A stretch of 22,931 nt of DNA, from the IMG/VR virus record IMGVR_UViG_3300028920_000049, one strand, 5' to 3'. Both the position numbers and the translations under genes were made by a program. The stretch is from a virus. Positions 8,515 through 16,056 of the stretch are shown piece by piece; positions within the stretch are counted from its first letter, which is position 1; every line of letters starts with the position of its first letter. Under the pieces are notes generated by a model, which worked only from the letters and a program-made list of their open reading frames with translations, was not told the origin of the DNA and did not search any database.

Positions 8515-9048
8515 ATGGTTGAAATTATCTTACTTAGCCTGATTGCAGGCATTCTAGCTGGTGCTGTTGGCATCTATGGTTACCGGACAGGGCTTCAGAA
8601 GACCAGGTTTATTCAACAGCTTCAATCTCTCGAGCTACCTCCCCCGGAGATACCCACTCCTGTGGTGCATATTGATCTCGAGCCTGTGCATAAGGCCATA
8701 AGAGATATGCCTAATAAAGTACTACAAAGTATTCAGAACTCAACTAACACACAAAAGGGAGCTGTGGGAGAGCTGATCGGCTTTCTGCGGCTTCAGGCAC
8801 AATACGATAGGGTTATCCCGCTTGGTAACATTGTCGACTTTCTTTGCATCAAGCTACCTTCCGAATCCCATACGGGAACAGATGCACGAATAGATTTTGT
8901 TGACGTCAAGACCGGCAAAAACGCTCGGCTTTCTAAGGAACAGAGGGCACTCCGTGAATTGATTTCTGAGTTGATTCAGGATGAGCGTATTAATTTTGTC
9001 GAGCTGAAAATAAAGGAACTGCGTGAAGCTCCACCTGAGACACATTAA
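8515..9048 (+). CDS. Endonuclease related to archaeal Holliday junction resolvase (Endonuc_Holl-like), N-terminal TM
   Basis: GAVGEL...LGNIVDFL...IDFVDVKTG.NARLSKEQRALR matches the family pattern G.v.E...lG.p.Df...F.EVKtG..Ls..e. Hydrophobic N-terminus. Confidence 0.75.
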   Translation: MVEIILLSLIAGILAGAVGIYGYRTGLQKTRFIQQLQSLELPPPEIPTPVVHIDLEPVHKAIRDMPNKVLQSIQNSTNTQKGAVGELIGFLRLQAQYDRVIPLGNIVDFLCIKLPSESHTGTDARIDFVDVKTGKNARLSKEQRALRELISELIQDERINFVELKIKELREAPPETH

Positions 9049-9727
9049 GGCATTCTCAGACTGCCCAGCCCTCTTTCGTTTCTCGGAAGGGGACCAAGTC
9101 CTTATTCCTCGTCGTAGGGCGGTAACAGAGTCCGTCATTAAGAAGTGCTACATTCAAGCCACCGAGACTGGTTATAGGACTAGCTGGAGATCGATCGTGG
9201 GCTGGGTAGATGCTGATGTGTTTGCAAGTGTTGATATAGATGATGATGAGAACTTCAGGGCTGCGAAAGCATTGTCTACTCACATACTTTCGTCAGTCCA
9301 AAAGTGGTATTCTGTGTACGAGCAAGAGAACTTCGAGAGCTATGTAGACCTCGATCTCTACAAAAATGTAGGAGATGATATGGTGGTTGGAACAGGTCCG
9401 ATCATTCATAGCACTGATCCTGTAACTGTTACTATTTTTAGGGATCTAGGCACAAGCAGGCTTGAATTGTATAATGATCTTGAGGTGCGAGGCCTTGGAT
9501 GGTTAATATATTGTGCATTAGATGGTGTAATGGTAAATATAAGAACCATTATGATTGGTCCCCAGGGAGGCCTGAATACCATCGAGCTCAATCTGGACAA
9601 GCAGGATCATAAGCGTATAGAATCGGTGATTAAGCAGGTGCTTAGGGGCATCAGGGCCGGGTTCTCGTATCCCTCGAGAACAGAGCAGTGTAGAAATTGC
9701 AAGTACTTAAGGAGGTGCATGCTATGA
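9023..9727 (+). CDS. Degenerate PD-(D/E)XK (Cas4/AddB-like) protein, Cys staple kept, catalytic motifs apparently lost
   Basis: HIKAFSDCPALF at the N-terminus and CRNCKYLRRC at the C-terminus. GTGPII and TIFRD sit where G.iD and D/ExK are expected. Confidence 0.6.
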   Translation: MKLHLRHIKAFSDCPALFRFSEGDQVLIPRRRAVTESVIKKCYIQATETGYRTSWRSIVGWVDADVFASVDIDDDENFRAAKALSTHILSSVQKWYSVYEQENFESYVDLDLYKNVGDDMVVGTGPIIHSTDPVTVTIFRDLGTSRLELYNDLEVRGLGWLIYCALDGVMVNIRTIMIGPQGGLNTIELNLDKQDHKRIESVIKQVLRGIRAGFSYPSRTEQCRNCKYLRRCML

Positions 9728-9888
9728 GCTTAAAATTTAAAGATCAAGACGGCAAAGTAGTCGGCGTTCTCAAGGACGACGCTAGCGAACCAGAGATGGA
9801 AGAGAAATCAAAGGAAAAAGAATGTTGTGGTGATGATTGCGGCTGCAACGGCGATTGCGACAAAGAAAAGGAAGGAGAGAGCGAATGA
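9724..9888 (+). CDS. Small acidic Cys-rich protein
   Basis: SD GGAGG; ATGA overlaps at both ends; contains CCGDDCGCNGDC. Confidence 0.65.
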   Translation: MSLKFKDQDGKVVGVLKDDASEPEMEEKSKEKECCGDDCGCNGDCDKEKEGESE

Positions 9889-10262
9889 GTTCCTATAGTG
9901 ATTTTGAGAGATCCCAGATTTTAGCTATGAAATCAGAAGAAGAGAAAGATCTTGATTGTATTCAGTGCCCTAAGTGTCGTGGGCAATGGTTCGAACAAGT
10001 TGAGGTCTCGAGGTTCCAAAACCAGAGACAAGTAGTGATTGGACAGACACCGCCAGTTAAGCCTGGGTCGATACCATATATCCTACTTCGTTGTATTCAT
10101 TGTCGGAATCTCGTTGAGCCACGTGTATCTCGCTCTATGAGAGACCTAGCTGCTCAAGATTATGACCATTTTTTGGATACCCTAGAGGGTAAATTTGACT
10201 CCAGAGAAGAAAAGGAAGAAAAGGAGCCGGCAGACGATGGCATTCAAGGTGAAGAACTCTGA
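9885..10262 (+). CDS. Zn-finger hypothetical protein
   Basis: CPKC...CIHC pairs; ATGA overlap at the start, with GGAG upstream. Confidence 0.65.
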   Translation: MSSYSDFERSQILAMKSEEEKDLDCIQCPKCRGQWFEQVEVSRFQNQRQVVIGQTPPVKPGSIPYILLRCIHCRNLVEPRVSRSMRDLAAQDYDHFLDTLEGKFDSREEKEEKEPADDGIQGEEL

Positions 10263-10593
10263 CATATTCAAGCTCCCGCCGCCCAATAGCCATATGGTCC
10301 ACTTGGGGACTATTGGTGATGGGCTTCGGGAGTTTATTGTTCTTTTGTGTAAAGCTGACGAGCACAGAGGCAAGGTTTACATCGAAGAAGTAGTCCTAAC
10401 TACGGTAGACTACACAACAGACGTTTTCGCTAACTGTAAGTTCATCGAAGATGATGCGTTAGCTAACGATTTGGCTGCATTTGCGGCCATGAAAGGCCTG
10501 ACAGACCATGAGAAGATCATGGGTCAACTAGTTGAGACCGGGAGGTCATCATGGATAACAGGCATAGGTGGGACGAACTACTCGCCGAAATAA
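10237..10593 (+). CDS. Hypothetical protein
   Basis: MAFKVKNS start after AGGAG; in-operon position. Confidence 0.65.
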   Translation: MAFKVKNSDIFKLPPPNSHMVHLGTIGDGLREFIVLLCKADEHRGKVYIEEVVLTTVDYTTDVFANCKFIEDDALANDLAAFAAMKGLTDHEKIMGQLVETGRSSWITGIGGTNYSPK

Positions 10594-11354
10594 ATAATGA
10601 AAAGTCCCCAGCACGACAGAGACAGCAAGAAATCGAGGAGCTCGAGAATGAGCAAAGCAGAGATGCATTCAGAGATTACGTACAGGAAGTGGCTGTACAG
10701 CTTAGTGAAGACCCTGATTCGAATGGACGAGTCATTCCAAGAGAAGTCGCCGAGCGAGCGTTTAGAGATTATCCGCGTAATGCAGCTGAACTTGTAGATC
10801 ATGTAGAAGACGATCTTCTCGAAAGAATCCAGCGCACATACGAAGAGATCTCCATGCAGGGGTTTGCTCCTGACACTATCTTGGTCTCTCCTGAAACTGC
10901 CGAGATGATGCTTGAGCACAATGAGCAGGCTGCTATCAGTGCTAGACACAGGCCAGATTTTGCTCCTATTCAGGGTCCTACCTACGAAGAGTACTCTCGT
11001 GTGAATGCTCCGGCAGATATGGAAACTGTTCGTGTTGGCCCTGATATTGGTCCTACTGAAGTAGCTTCTGGAGTAATTCGTCTCTATGGTGCTCGTATAA
11101 TGCATGCCTTCGGGGTTAGTGTAGACGATTTCGTGTCAGGAATGCAGATGACTGCAGCCCCTGCTTCTGGTGTTATGTTCTGGCATGATTATAATTCTGG
11201 TAGAATACCCAATGAGATTTCTCTTCGCTCAGGGAAATGGCGTTCTCCCGAGAATTTTGAAGAAGCTTCTGGGTATGATGTCATAGGAGAGCACCGAGCC
11301 TTTGACGTTCTCAGCGATGATGGGGACGATTTTGTTGCTGTTGCCTCAGGGTAG
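10551..11354 (+). CDS. Acidic hypothetical protein with capsid-like sequence motifs
   Basis: 267-aa ORF with GGGAGG upstream. GFAPDTILVSP and VSGMQMTAAPASGVMFWHDY are weak motif resemblances only. Confidence 0.6.
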   Translation: MDNRHRWDELLAEINNEKSPARQRQQEIEELENEQSRDAFRDYVQEVAVQLSEDPDSNGRVIPREVAERAFRDYPRNAAELVDHVEDDLLERIQRTYEEISMQGFAPDTILVSPETAEMMLEHNEQAAISARHRPDFAPIQGPTYEEYSRVNAPADMETVRVGPDIGPTEVASGVIRLYGARIMHAFGVSVDDFVSGMQMTAAPASGVMFWHDYNSGRIPNEISLRSGKWRSPENFEEASGYDVIGEHRAFDVLSDDGDDFVAVASG

Positions 11355-11377
11355 GTTTACGGTCTATTTGTAAGAGG

Positions 11378-12016
11378 TTGAAATATCTAGTGAAAAACAA
11401 TAGATTTAAGTATGGATACCGCCAGAGTGCCTCTAAGCTCCATAAAGCGGTCGGCGAAATTCTCAGAAACAGCGAAGTTTTTGGTGACTTTGAGGTGTAC
11501 CAGGAATATCCTGTTAACAGAGTGAACGAGAACTACCCTGACGGTAGGCATCATTTTGATTGGGTGATTCCCAAGCTTGGTATTGTGGTGGAATGTCATG
11601 GCGAGCAGCACTTTCGTGCTGTGGCATGGGATGGAGACGTAGAGAAAGCTGAGTTGGCCTTTGTGGAAGGACAAGCTCGGGATAAGGCCAAGAAGGCGGC
11701 TGCACTCGACGCCGGATACCTCTATGTTATGGTTCCGTATAACAAGCTGAATAGTCTAGACATTCAGTACGTCTTGGAACTGATAGAGCTAGCCAAGCTC
11801 GAGCAAAGCCAGTATACTGGTAGTCGATTTGAGAAAACTGATGAAAAGAGTTACTTGGAGAACCTTAAAAAGGAGTCTAAAAAACGAGAGAAAGCTGCTC
11901 GAGTTCAGTACCTTAAGTCTGAAGCGTACCGGGAACAACTTGAGAAGGCCCGCAAGTTTCGACAGAAGAAATACTTGGAGCAAAAAGCTTTCAAAGAAAG
12001 ACTCAAAGATGAGTGA
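11378..12016 (+). CDS. DUF559/Vsr-like endonuclease
   Basis: SKLHKAV.EIL...YQEY...HFDWVIP..IVVECHGEQHF...RDKAKK..A..GY..V.VPY pattern, with a basic C-terminal helix. TTG start with SD GAGG. Confidence 0.75.
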   Translation: MKYLVKNNRFKYGYRQSASKLHKAVGEILRNSEVFGDFEVYQEYPVNRVNENYPDGRHHFDWVIPKLGIVVECHGEQHFRAVAWDGDVEKAELAFVEGQARDKAKKAAALDAGYLYVMVPYNKLNSLDIQYVLELIELAKLEQSQYTGSRFEKTDEKSYLENLKKESKKREKAARVQYLKSEAYREQLEKARKFRQKKYLEQKAFKERLKDE

Positions 12017-12689
12017 CGCAGATCTTACATTAGAGGACTACGAGCAAGTGAAGCCCATAGACGTTTCAGCGGGTCTTCCTCGTCACGAGACGAAGGTATA
12101 CAGCACCCGTAACATCTCAGATCTAAGACGTGTAGTTGTACACACAACAGACTGGAACGTTCAGCCTATTGAGCTTGCTAAGTATGATATCAGTCCGAAT
12201 CACATCTCTGATACAGGCTGTCCAGCTATTACATATCATGAAATGGTAATGCCAGATGGCATTGTGTATCATACTCTTCCATTTGAGGAGGTTGCCTGGC
12301 ATGCAGGGCCCTGGAACACAGGGTCAATCGCTATTGCCTTGTCATATCGATGTAGTAATTCTATGGGGCAGGATCAGCATGCTCCTACAGAAAAGGCAAT
12401 CAAAGCTTTACAGTGCCGGATAGGAGATCTTTGTTTAGCTCTAGGGATCCAGCCCACAGAAGTCTATGGCCACAGAGAACTCAAGGGGACTGGATGGTTC
12501 TTGTTCAAGGGTTCTAAGCGGCTAAGAAAGACCTGTCCTGGCATGTCTGTAGATCTAGATCAGCTTCGCCACAACGTAGTTCTCTATTGCCAGGTTTTGC
12601 TTAAGATTAGGGGTTATTACCTTGGAAAAATTGATGCTGACTGGGGTCCTAAGTCTAAAGCTGCATTCGCGGAGTACCTAAAGGGATAA
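12009..12689 (+). CDS. Endolysin: N-acetylmuramoyl-L-alanine amidase (Amidase_2) with C-terminal peptidoglycan-binding motif
   Basis: VVVHTT, YHEMV..DG, AWHAG.WN..SIAI, GHRE and KTCPG Zn-amidase motifs; GYYLGKIDADWGPKS resembles PG_binding_1. Likely start MSDADL at 12009. Confidence 0.88.
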   Translation: MSDADLTLEDYEQVKPIDVSAGLPRHETKVYSTRNISDLRRVVVHTTDWNVQPIELAKYDISPNHISDTGCPAITYHEMVMPDGIVYHTLPFEEVAWHAGPWNTGSIAIALSYRCSNSMGQDQHAPTEKAIKALQCRIGDLCLALGIQPTEVYGHRELKGTGWFLFKGSKRLRKTCPGMSVDLDQLRHNVVLYCQVLLKIRGYYLGKIDADWGPKSKAAFAEYLKG

Positions 12690-12692
12690 TCT

Positions 12693-12974
12693 ATGCCGAC
12701 AATCTGGCTCGAATGCCCACGTTGCAAGCGTGCAAAGAAAGTTACCAGAACAAACGTCGATGGCGAGTTCGTTTGTGTCGACGGGACCAATCTTCGTTAT
12801 CCTTCTGGTGAGGAAACTACTGCAGCCCCTATCTGGCCAGAGCATGAGCCTACTGTCATGAAGAAGGTAGATGCCCCAACACTAGACTATAGTCACATGG
12901 CCAGGAAACTGGCCGAGGACATAGATCGCCAGATCTTCAATGAAATACTCGAGTCAGGATTCAAGAAGGAATAG
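12693..12974 (+). CDS. Small Zn-ribbon protein with C-terminal capsid-helix-like motif
   Basis: CPRC at the N-terminus; MARKLAEDIDRQIFNEIL at the C-terminus. Confidence 0.6.
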   Translation: MPTIWLECPRCKRAKKVTRTNVDGEFVCVDGTNLRYPSGEETTAAPIWPEHEPTVMKKVDAPTLDYSHMARKLAEDIDRQIFNEILESGFKKE

Positions 12975-12976
12975 TT

Positions 12977-13522
12977 ATGTGCTGCTATAAAGAGATTGCT
13001 TCCTCTAAGGAGGAATATGGTATTCGTATTAGTTCTCCCTGGTATGGTCCCGGCACCCTGGTGTGCTGGGATTGTAGCCTGGTTCCTGAAAAGTTTGTTC
13101 TCCCTAAGGAGGGCTGGAGTCATATTAGAAGAGCTCAAGACTCTCGAGGTATAGAATACAATGAGCATGTAGGCTGTTTCTGTTGTGCCGGGGATGACTT
13201 CTTGACCATGGCTAGACATGTTGTCGAGCACATTGAGAGTGGTGAAGACATCCATCCGGCTGTCCTTCGTTTCCTTGAGTATGAGTATTACTATCGCCGT
13301 GTGTATATGGAACACTCTATTGATTCTTATCTTTGTGACAGGCTGGCGCGAAAATTGTGGCCCGACACCGAGTCCTACTATAAGGAGCTTGGATACAAGG
13401 CCCTGTGCAGGGAAGCAAGAGAAAGTCTTGGTGAGCGCTACACTAAGTACGAGCGTTTTCCTGAAGATCCTCGTACTCGTGTGACTGAAAGAGGAGAAGA
13501 ATGTTTAGAAGAGGCAAAGTAA
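12977..13522 (+). CDS. Cys-rich hypothetical protein
   Basis: Begins 2 nt after the previous stop with AAGGA upstream; contains CWDC and CFCC. Confidence 0.6.
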   Translation: MCCYKEIASSKEEYGIRISSPWYGPGTLVCWDCSLVPEKFVLPKEGWSHIRRAQDSRGIEYNEHVGCFCCAGDDFLTMARHVVEHIESGEDIHPAVLRFLEYEYYYRRVYMEHSIDSYLCDRLARKLWPDTESYYKELGYKALCREARESLGERYTKYERFPEDPRTRVTERGEECLEEAK

Positions 13523-14079
13523 TCTGGTCTCCTGTGGAGATAGACTATCTCAAGGCAAACAGAGATACCATGGACATCAACCAGTTAAGCCTAGCCTTAG
13601 CTAAGTCTAGGAACGCAGTAAAGAGGAAGTGTGATGAGCTTGATGGGAAACCAGTCACCAAAAAGATGGCTAAGCGTTCGGTCATTGGCCGGAGAGATGA
13701 CCTTGATCAGTTTTTCCGAAGTAATTGGGAAGCTAATGTCGCTCGCTGGTTCAATCATAAGAAGAAAAAGTGGGCATATGAGCCCCAAGTCTTCTCCTTC
13801 CTTGAGCACGGCATCAAGAGGGGTACTGTTTCCTACTGTCCAGACTTCAAGGCAGGCACACTATGGATCGAGGTTAAAGGATATCTCGATCGTAAGGGTC
13901 AAACGGCGATAAAACGGTTCAAGAAGTTCTATCCGAAGGAGTTCAAGAAGCTCCGTGCAATTGTGGGTAGAAAAGGGACGAAGGCAGACAAGTTCTTTGA
14001 AGAAGTAGGCGTACCCGTCATAGCCTACATGAATGAGCTCGACAAGAAGTTCAAGAACAAGCTGCCACACTGGGAGTAA
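13501..14079 (+). CDS. HTH (Myb/GcrA-like) fused to T7 endonuclease I-like PD-(D/E)XK nuclease
   Basis: N-terminal WSPVEIDYLK...SRNAVKRK; nuclease part FRSNWEANVA..WAYEP..YCPDF..IEVKG. Confidence 0.78.
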   Translation: MFRRGKVIWSPVEIDYLKANRDTMDINQLSLALAKSRNAVKRKCDELDGKPVTKKMAKRSVIGRRDDLDQFFRSNWEANVARWFNHKKKKWAYEPQVFSFLEHGIKRGTVSYCPDFKAGTLWIEVKGYLDRKGQTAIKRFKKFYPKEFKKLRAIVGRKGTKADKFFEEVGVPVIAYMNELDKKFKNKLPHWE

Positions 14080-14681
14080 TGGATGTCAATCGACCATCGG
14101 AGCTCTATCAAGAGGAATTCGATATCCTCTGCGACACTGCCTACCGCTTATCTCAAGGAGCTAGGATCCCACACCCTCAGTATTACGCAAAGATGCTTCA
14201 AAGGATCGCCGAAGAAGTTCCTAGAAGAAATAGCTTTTCCATTGCTCGGCAGGACATTGAACAACAGCTCGAACTTATCTGGTTTGAAGCTGTCCTGTCA
14301 TATAGCGAAATCAAATCGAAGACTACACTTAGGAGTTACCTTATCAGATGTGGAGTTTTCGGACTTAGAGACTGGCTCTGGGACCATTTCAAGTCCCTCG
14401 ATAAGGAACCAAGCAGTGGAGTATGCGAAGAGAGCCTTGAGGCGAGCAGAGAACTATCTCTGGTATGGCTCCTCTGTGGAACAAAAGAACAGCCCTGGTG
14501 CAGACTCACCTCCTACGAACGCTACTTAATCTTCTTGCGTTATGCTCGAGGATTGACTATTAATGAGGTGGCCAAACTGTCCAGGACAGGCAGAGATAAA
14601 GTAATGAATAGACTCAAAAGAGTGAAACAAAAACTAAGGAGAGTATTCAATGAGGCAACAGAATCAGGCAGATGTTGTTAG
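14079..14681 (+). CDS. Phage sigma-70-family RNA polymerase sigma factor
   Basis: Region-2-like QDIEQQLELIWFEAVLSY...TLRSYL; region 4 LTSYERYLIFLRYARGLTINEVAKL..GRDKVMNRLKRVKQKLR. Confidence 0.75.
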   Translation: MDVNRPSELYQEEFDILCDTAYRLSQGARIPHPQYYAKMLQRIAEEVPRRNSFSIARQDIEQQLELIWFEAVLSYSEIKSKTTLRSYLIRCGVFGLRDWLWDHFKSLDKEPSSGVCEESLEASRELSLVWLLCGTKEQPWCRLTSYERYLIFLRYARGLTINEVAKLSRTGRDKVMNRLKRVKQKLRRVFNEATESGRCC

Positions 14682-14883
14682 GGATAACAAGGATTACGCC
14701 CCCGAGACTACAACCGAAAGGGTCAGAGTCCCGGGGATCGAAACCCTACATGAAAAGCCCGCTGATGAAATCGGCGAGGTCCTCGCTCTCGTTCTACGCT
14801 CACGCAGCAATGTCGTGGCGATTAAGTACGAGGTTGGATCTCATATTGAGCTTACACTGGGTCAGCCTTTGGCTCAGAAGTAG
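14650..14883 (+). CDS. Hypothetical protein
   Basis: SD AGGAG upstream; last gene of the + block. Confidence 0.55.
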   Translation: MRQQNQADVVRDNKDYAPETTTERVRVPGIETLHEKPADEIGEVLALVLRSRSNVVAIKYEVGSHIELTLGQPLAQK

Positions 14884-15385
14884 CTTCCTCAGATGCCTGT
14901 TCTCCAGGATTCTGGGGAACCATCTCATTCCAGGTCTCCTGCATCTCCTGCTCAGAGATGATTTCCTTCTTCTCTAGTAGGCGAAGCAGGGTCTGGAGAT
15001 GAGCTCCAGTCTGGAACTGAGCCTGCTCTAGGCGGGTCAGGTTCTTGATAACCTGGAAAAGGTCGTGCCGGAAATAATCTAGCAGGCTGTTAATTGCCTC
15101 TAGTGAAGTCAGCGAGCCACCGAGACCCTTGTGAAGGTCTCTGAGTCGTGACTCTACCCCTGCGTCTTCCGCAGCAGCTCCCGTGTTATTCTCGAGGTTA
15201 TCTACCTTGCGAGAGAGGATTTCTACTCCCTCATGTCGCTTCTTTTCGATCATCTTTAGCAAGAACTCTTGTCCCTGCTGAGCCTTAGCTTGAGCCTCTT
15301 CAGGTGTTATTGCCTGAGGGGTCTCTTCTGTCGGCTGTGCTGATGTGGCTGGAAATTCAACCACGTTGTTGTCGTCACTCATCAT
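14852..15385 (-). CDS. Coiled-coil hypothetical protein
   Basis: Likely start MMSDDNNVVEFP at 15385 (ATGA overlap with the UDG stop, SD AAAGGA). Contains TLLRLLEKKEIISEQE. Confidence 0.7.
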   Translation of the reverse strand: MMSDDNNVVEFPATSAQPTEETPQAITPEEAQAKAQQGQEFLLKMIEKKRHEGVEILSRKVDNLENNTGAAAEDAGVESRLRDLHKGLGGSLTSLEAINSLLDYFRHDLFQVIKNLTRLEQAQFQTGAHLQTLLRLLEKKEIISEQEMQETWNEMVPQNPGEQASEEATSEPKADPV

Positions 15386-16056
15386 ATATTCCTTTCGTCG
15401 ATGATTGATTTTAGTTTTCTTACATCGTCCCATGTCTGTTGACGATATATATCATATCTTTTGGTGCCTGTGTTATGCAAAATAGCTGCAGGGTGAATCA
15501 TAGGAAAGATAAAAGGGGCATCTGTCACTACCTCTGCACTATCAAAACTAGCTATAGATGGACCACCTCTCAGCTGTCCTCTAACATCGCCCATACGGAG
15601 CCCGCTAAGGCCCAGAATGGCCTCGGTTGCCGGCTTGCCCAGGGTAACAATGATTTTGGGCTTCAGAAGCGAAATCTGAGCGTCTAGGTGTGGCCTACAC
15701 TGCTTCCTCTGTTCTACTCGAGGCGTGTAGTTTTCTTTTCCACTGCCTTTTTCTGCCACTGGCCTACATAATACCACGTTGGTGATATACCAGTCCTTTG
15801 TGTCCATTCCGGCAGCTTTCCAAATATCATCTAGGAGCTTCCCTGCTGGCCCTGTAAAGGGTAGCCTGGTGCTGTCTTCATTCTTGCCAGGAGCCTCACC
15901 AATAATCATTTTGGTAGTGGTTTCTGGTCCTTTCGACACACAGCACCCATTGATATTGGGTTGGAAGCCCAGGTCACATCTCTTACATCCCTCGAGATGT
16001 AGGTGTGCTCTGAGTTGGTTAATTGACTTAAACTCTTGACCTTCTTCAAAATACAC
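15382..16056 (-). CDS. udg: Uracil-DNA glycosylase, family 4 (Fe-S)
   Basis: CKRCDL, IIGEAPG.NE, PFTGPAG, TNVVLCRP, later Cys, and HPAAILH. Confidence 0.93.
   Translation of the reverse strand: MYFEEGQEFKSINQLRAHLHLEGCKRCDLGFQPNINGCCVSKGPETTTKMIIGEAPGKNEDSTRLPFTGPAGKLLDDIWKAAGMDTKDWYITNVVLCRPVAEKGSGKENYTPRVEQRKQCRPHLDAQISLLKPKIIVTLGKPATEAILGLSGLRMGDVRGQLRGGPSIASFDSAEVVTDAPFIFPMIHPAAILHNTGTKRYDIYRQQTWDDVRKLKSIIDERNI

Noticed and set aside
10578-11105. Long antisense or alternate-frame ORFs (e.g. 10578-11105 -, 4893-5306 -, 14083-14529 +, 18601-18990 +, 19770-20147 +)
   Set aside because: They shadow well-supported genes, have no motifs and show atypical composition.
11829-12008. N-terminal 60-aa extension of the endolysin in the ORF track
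   Set aside because: It overlaps the DUF559-like gene in another frame, and the ATG at 12009 gives a typical short overlap.
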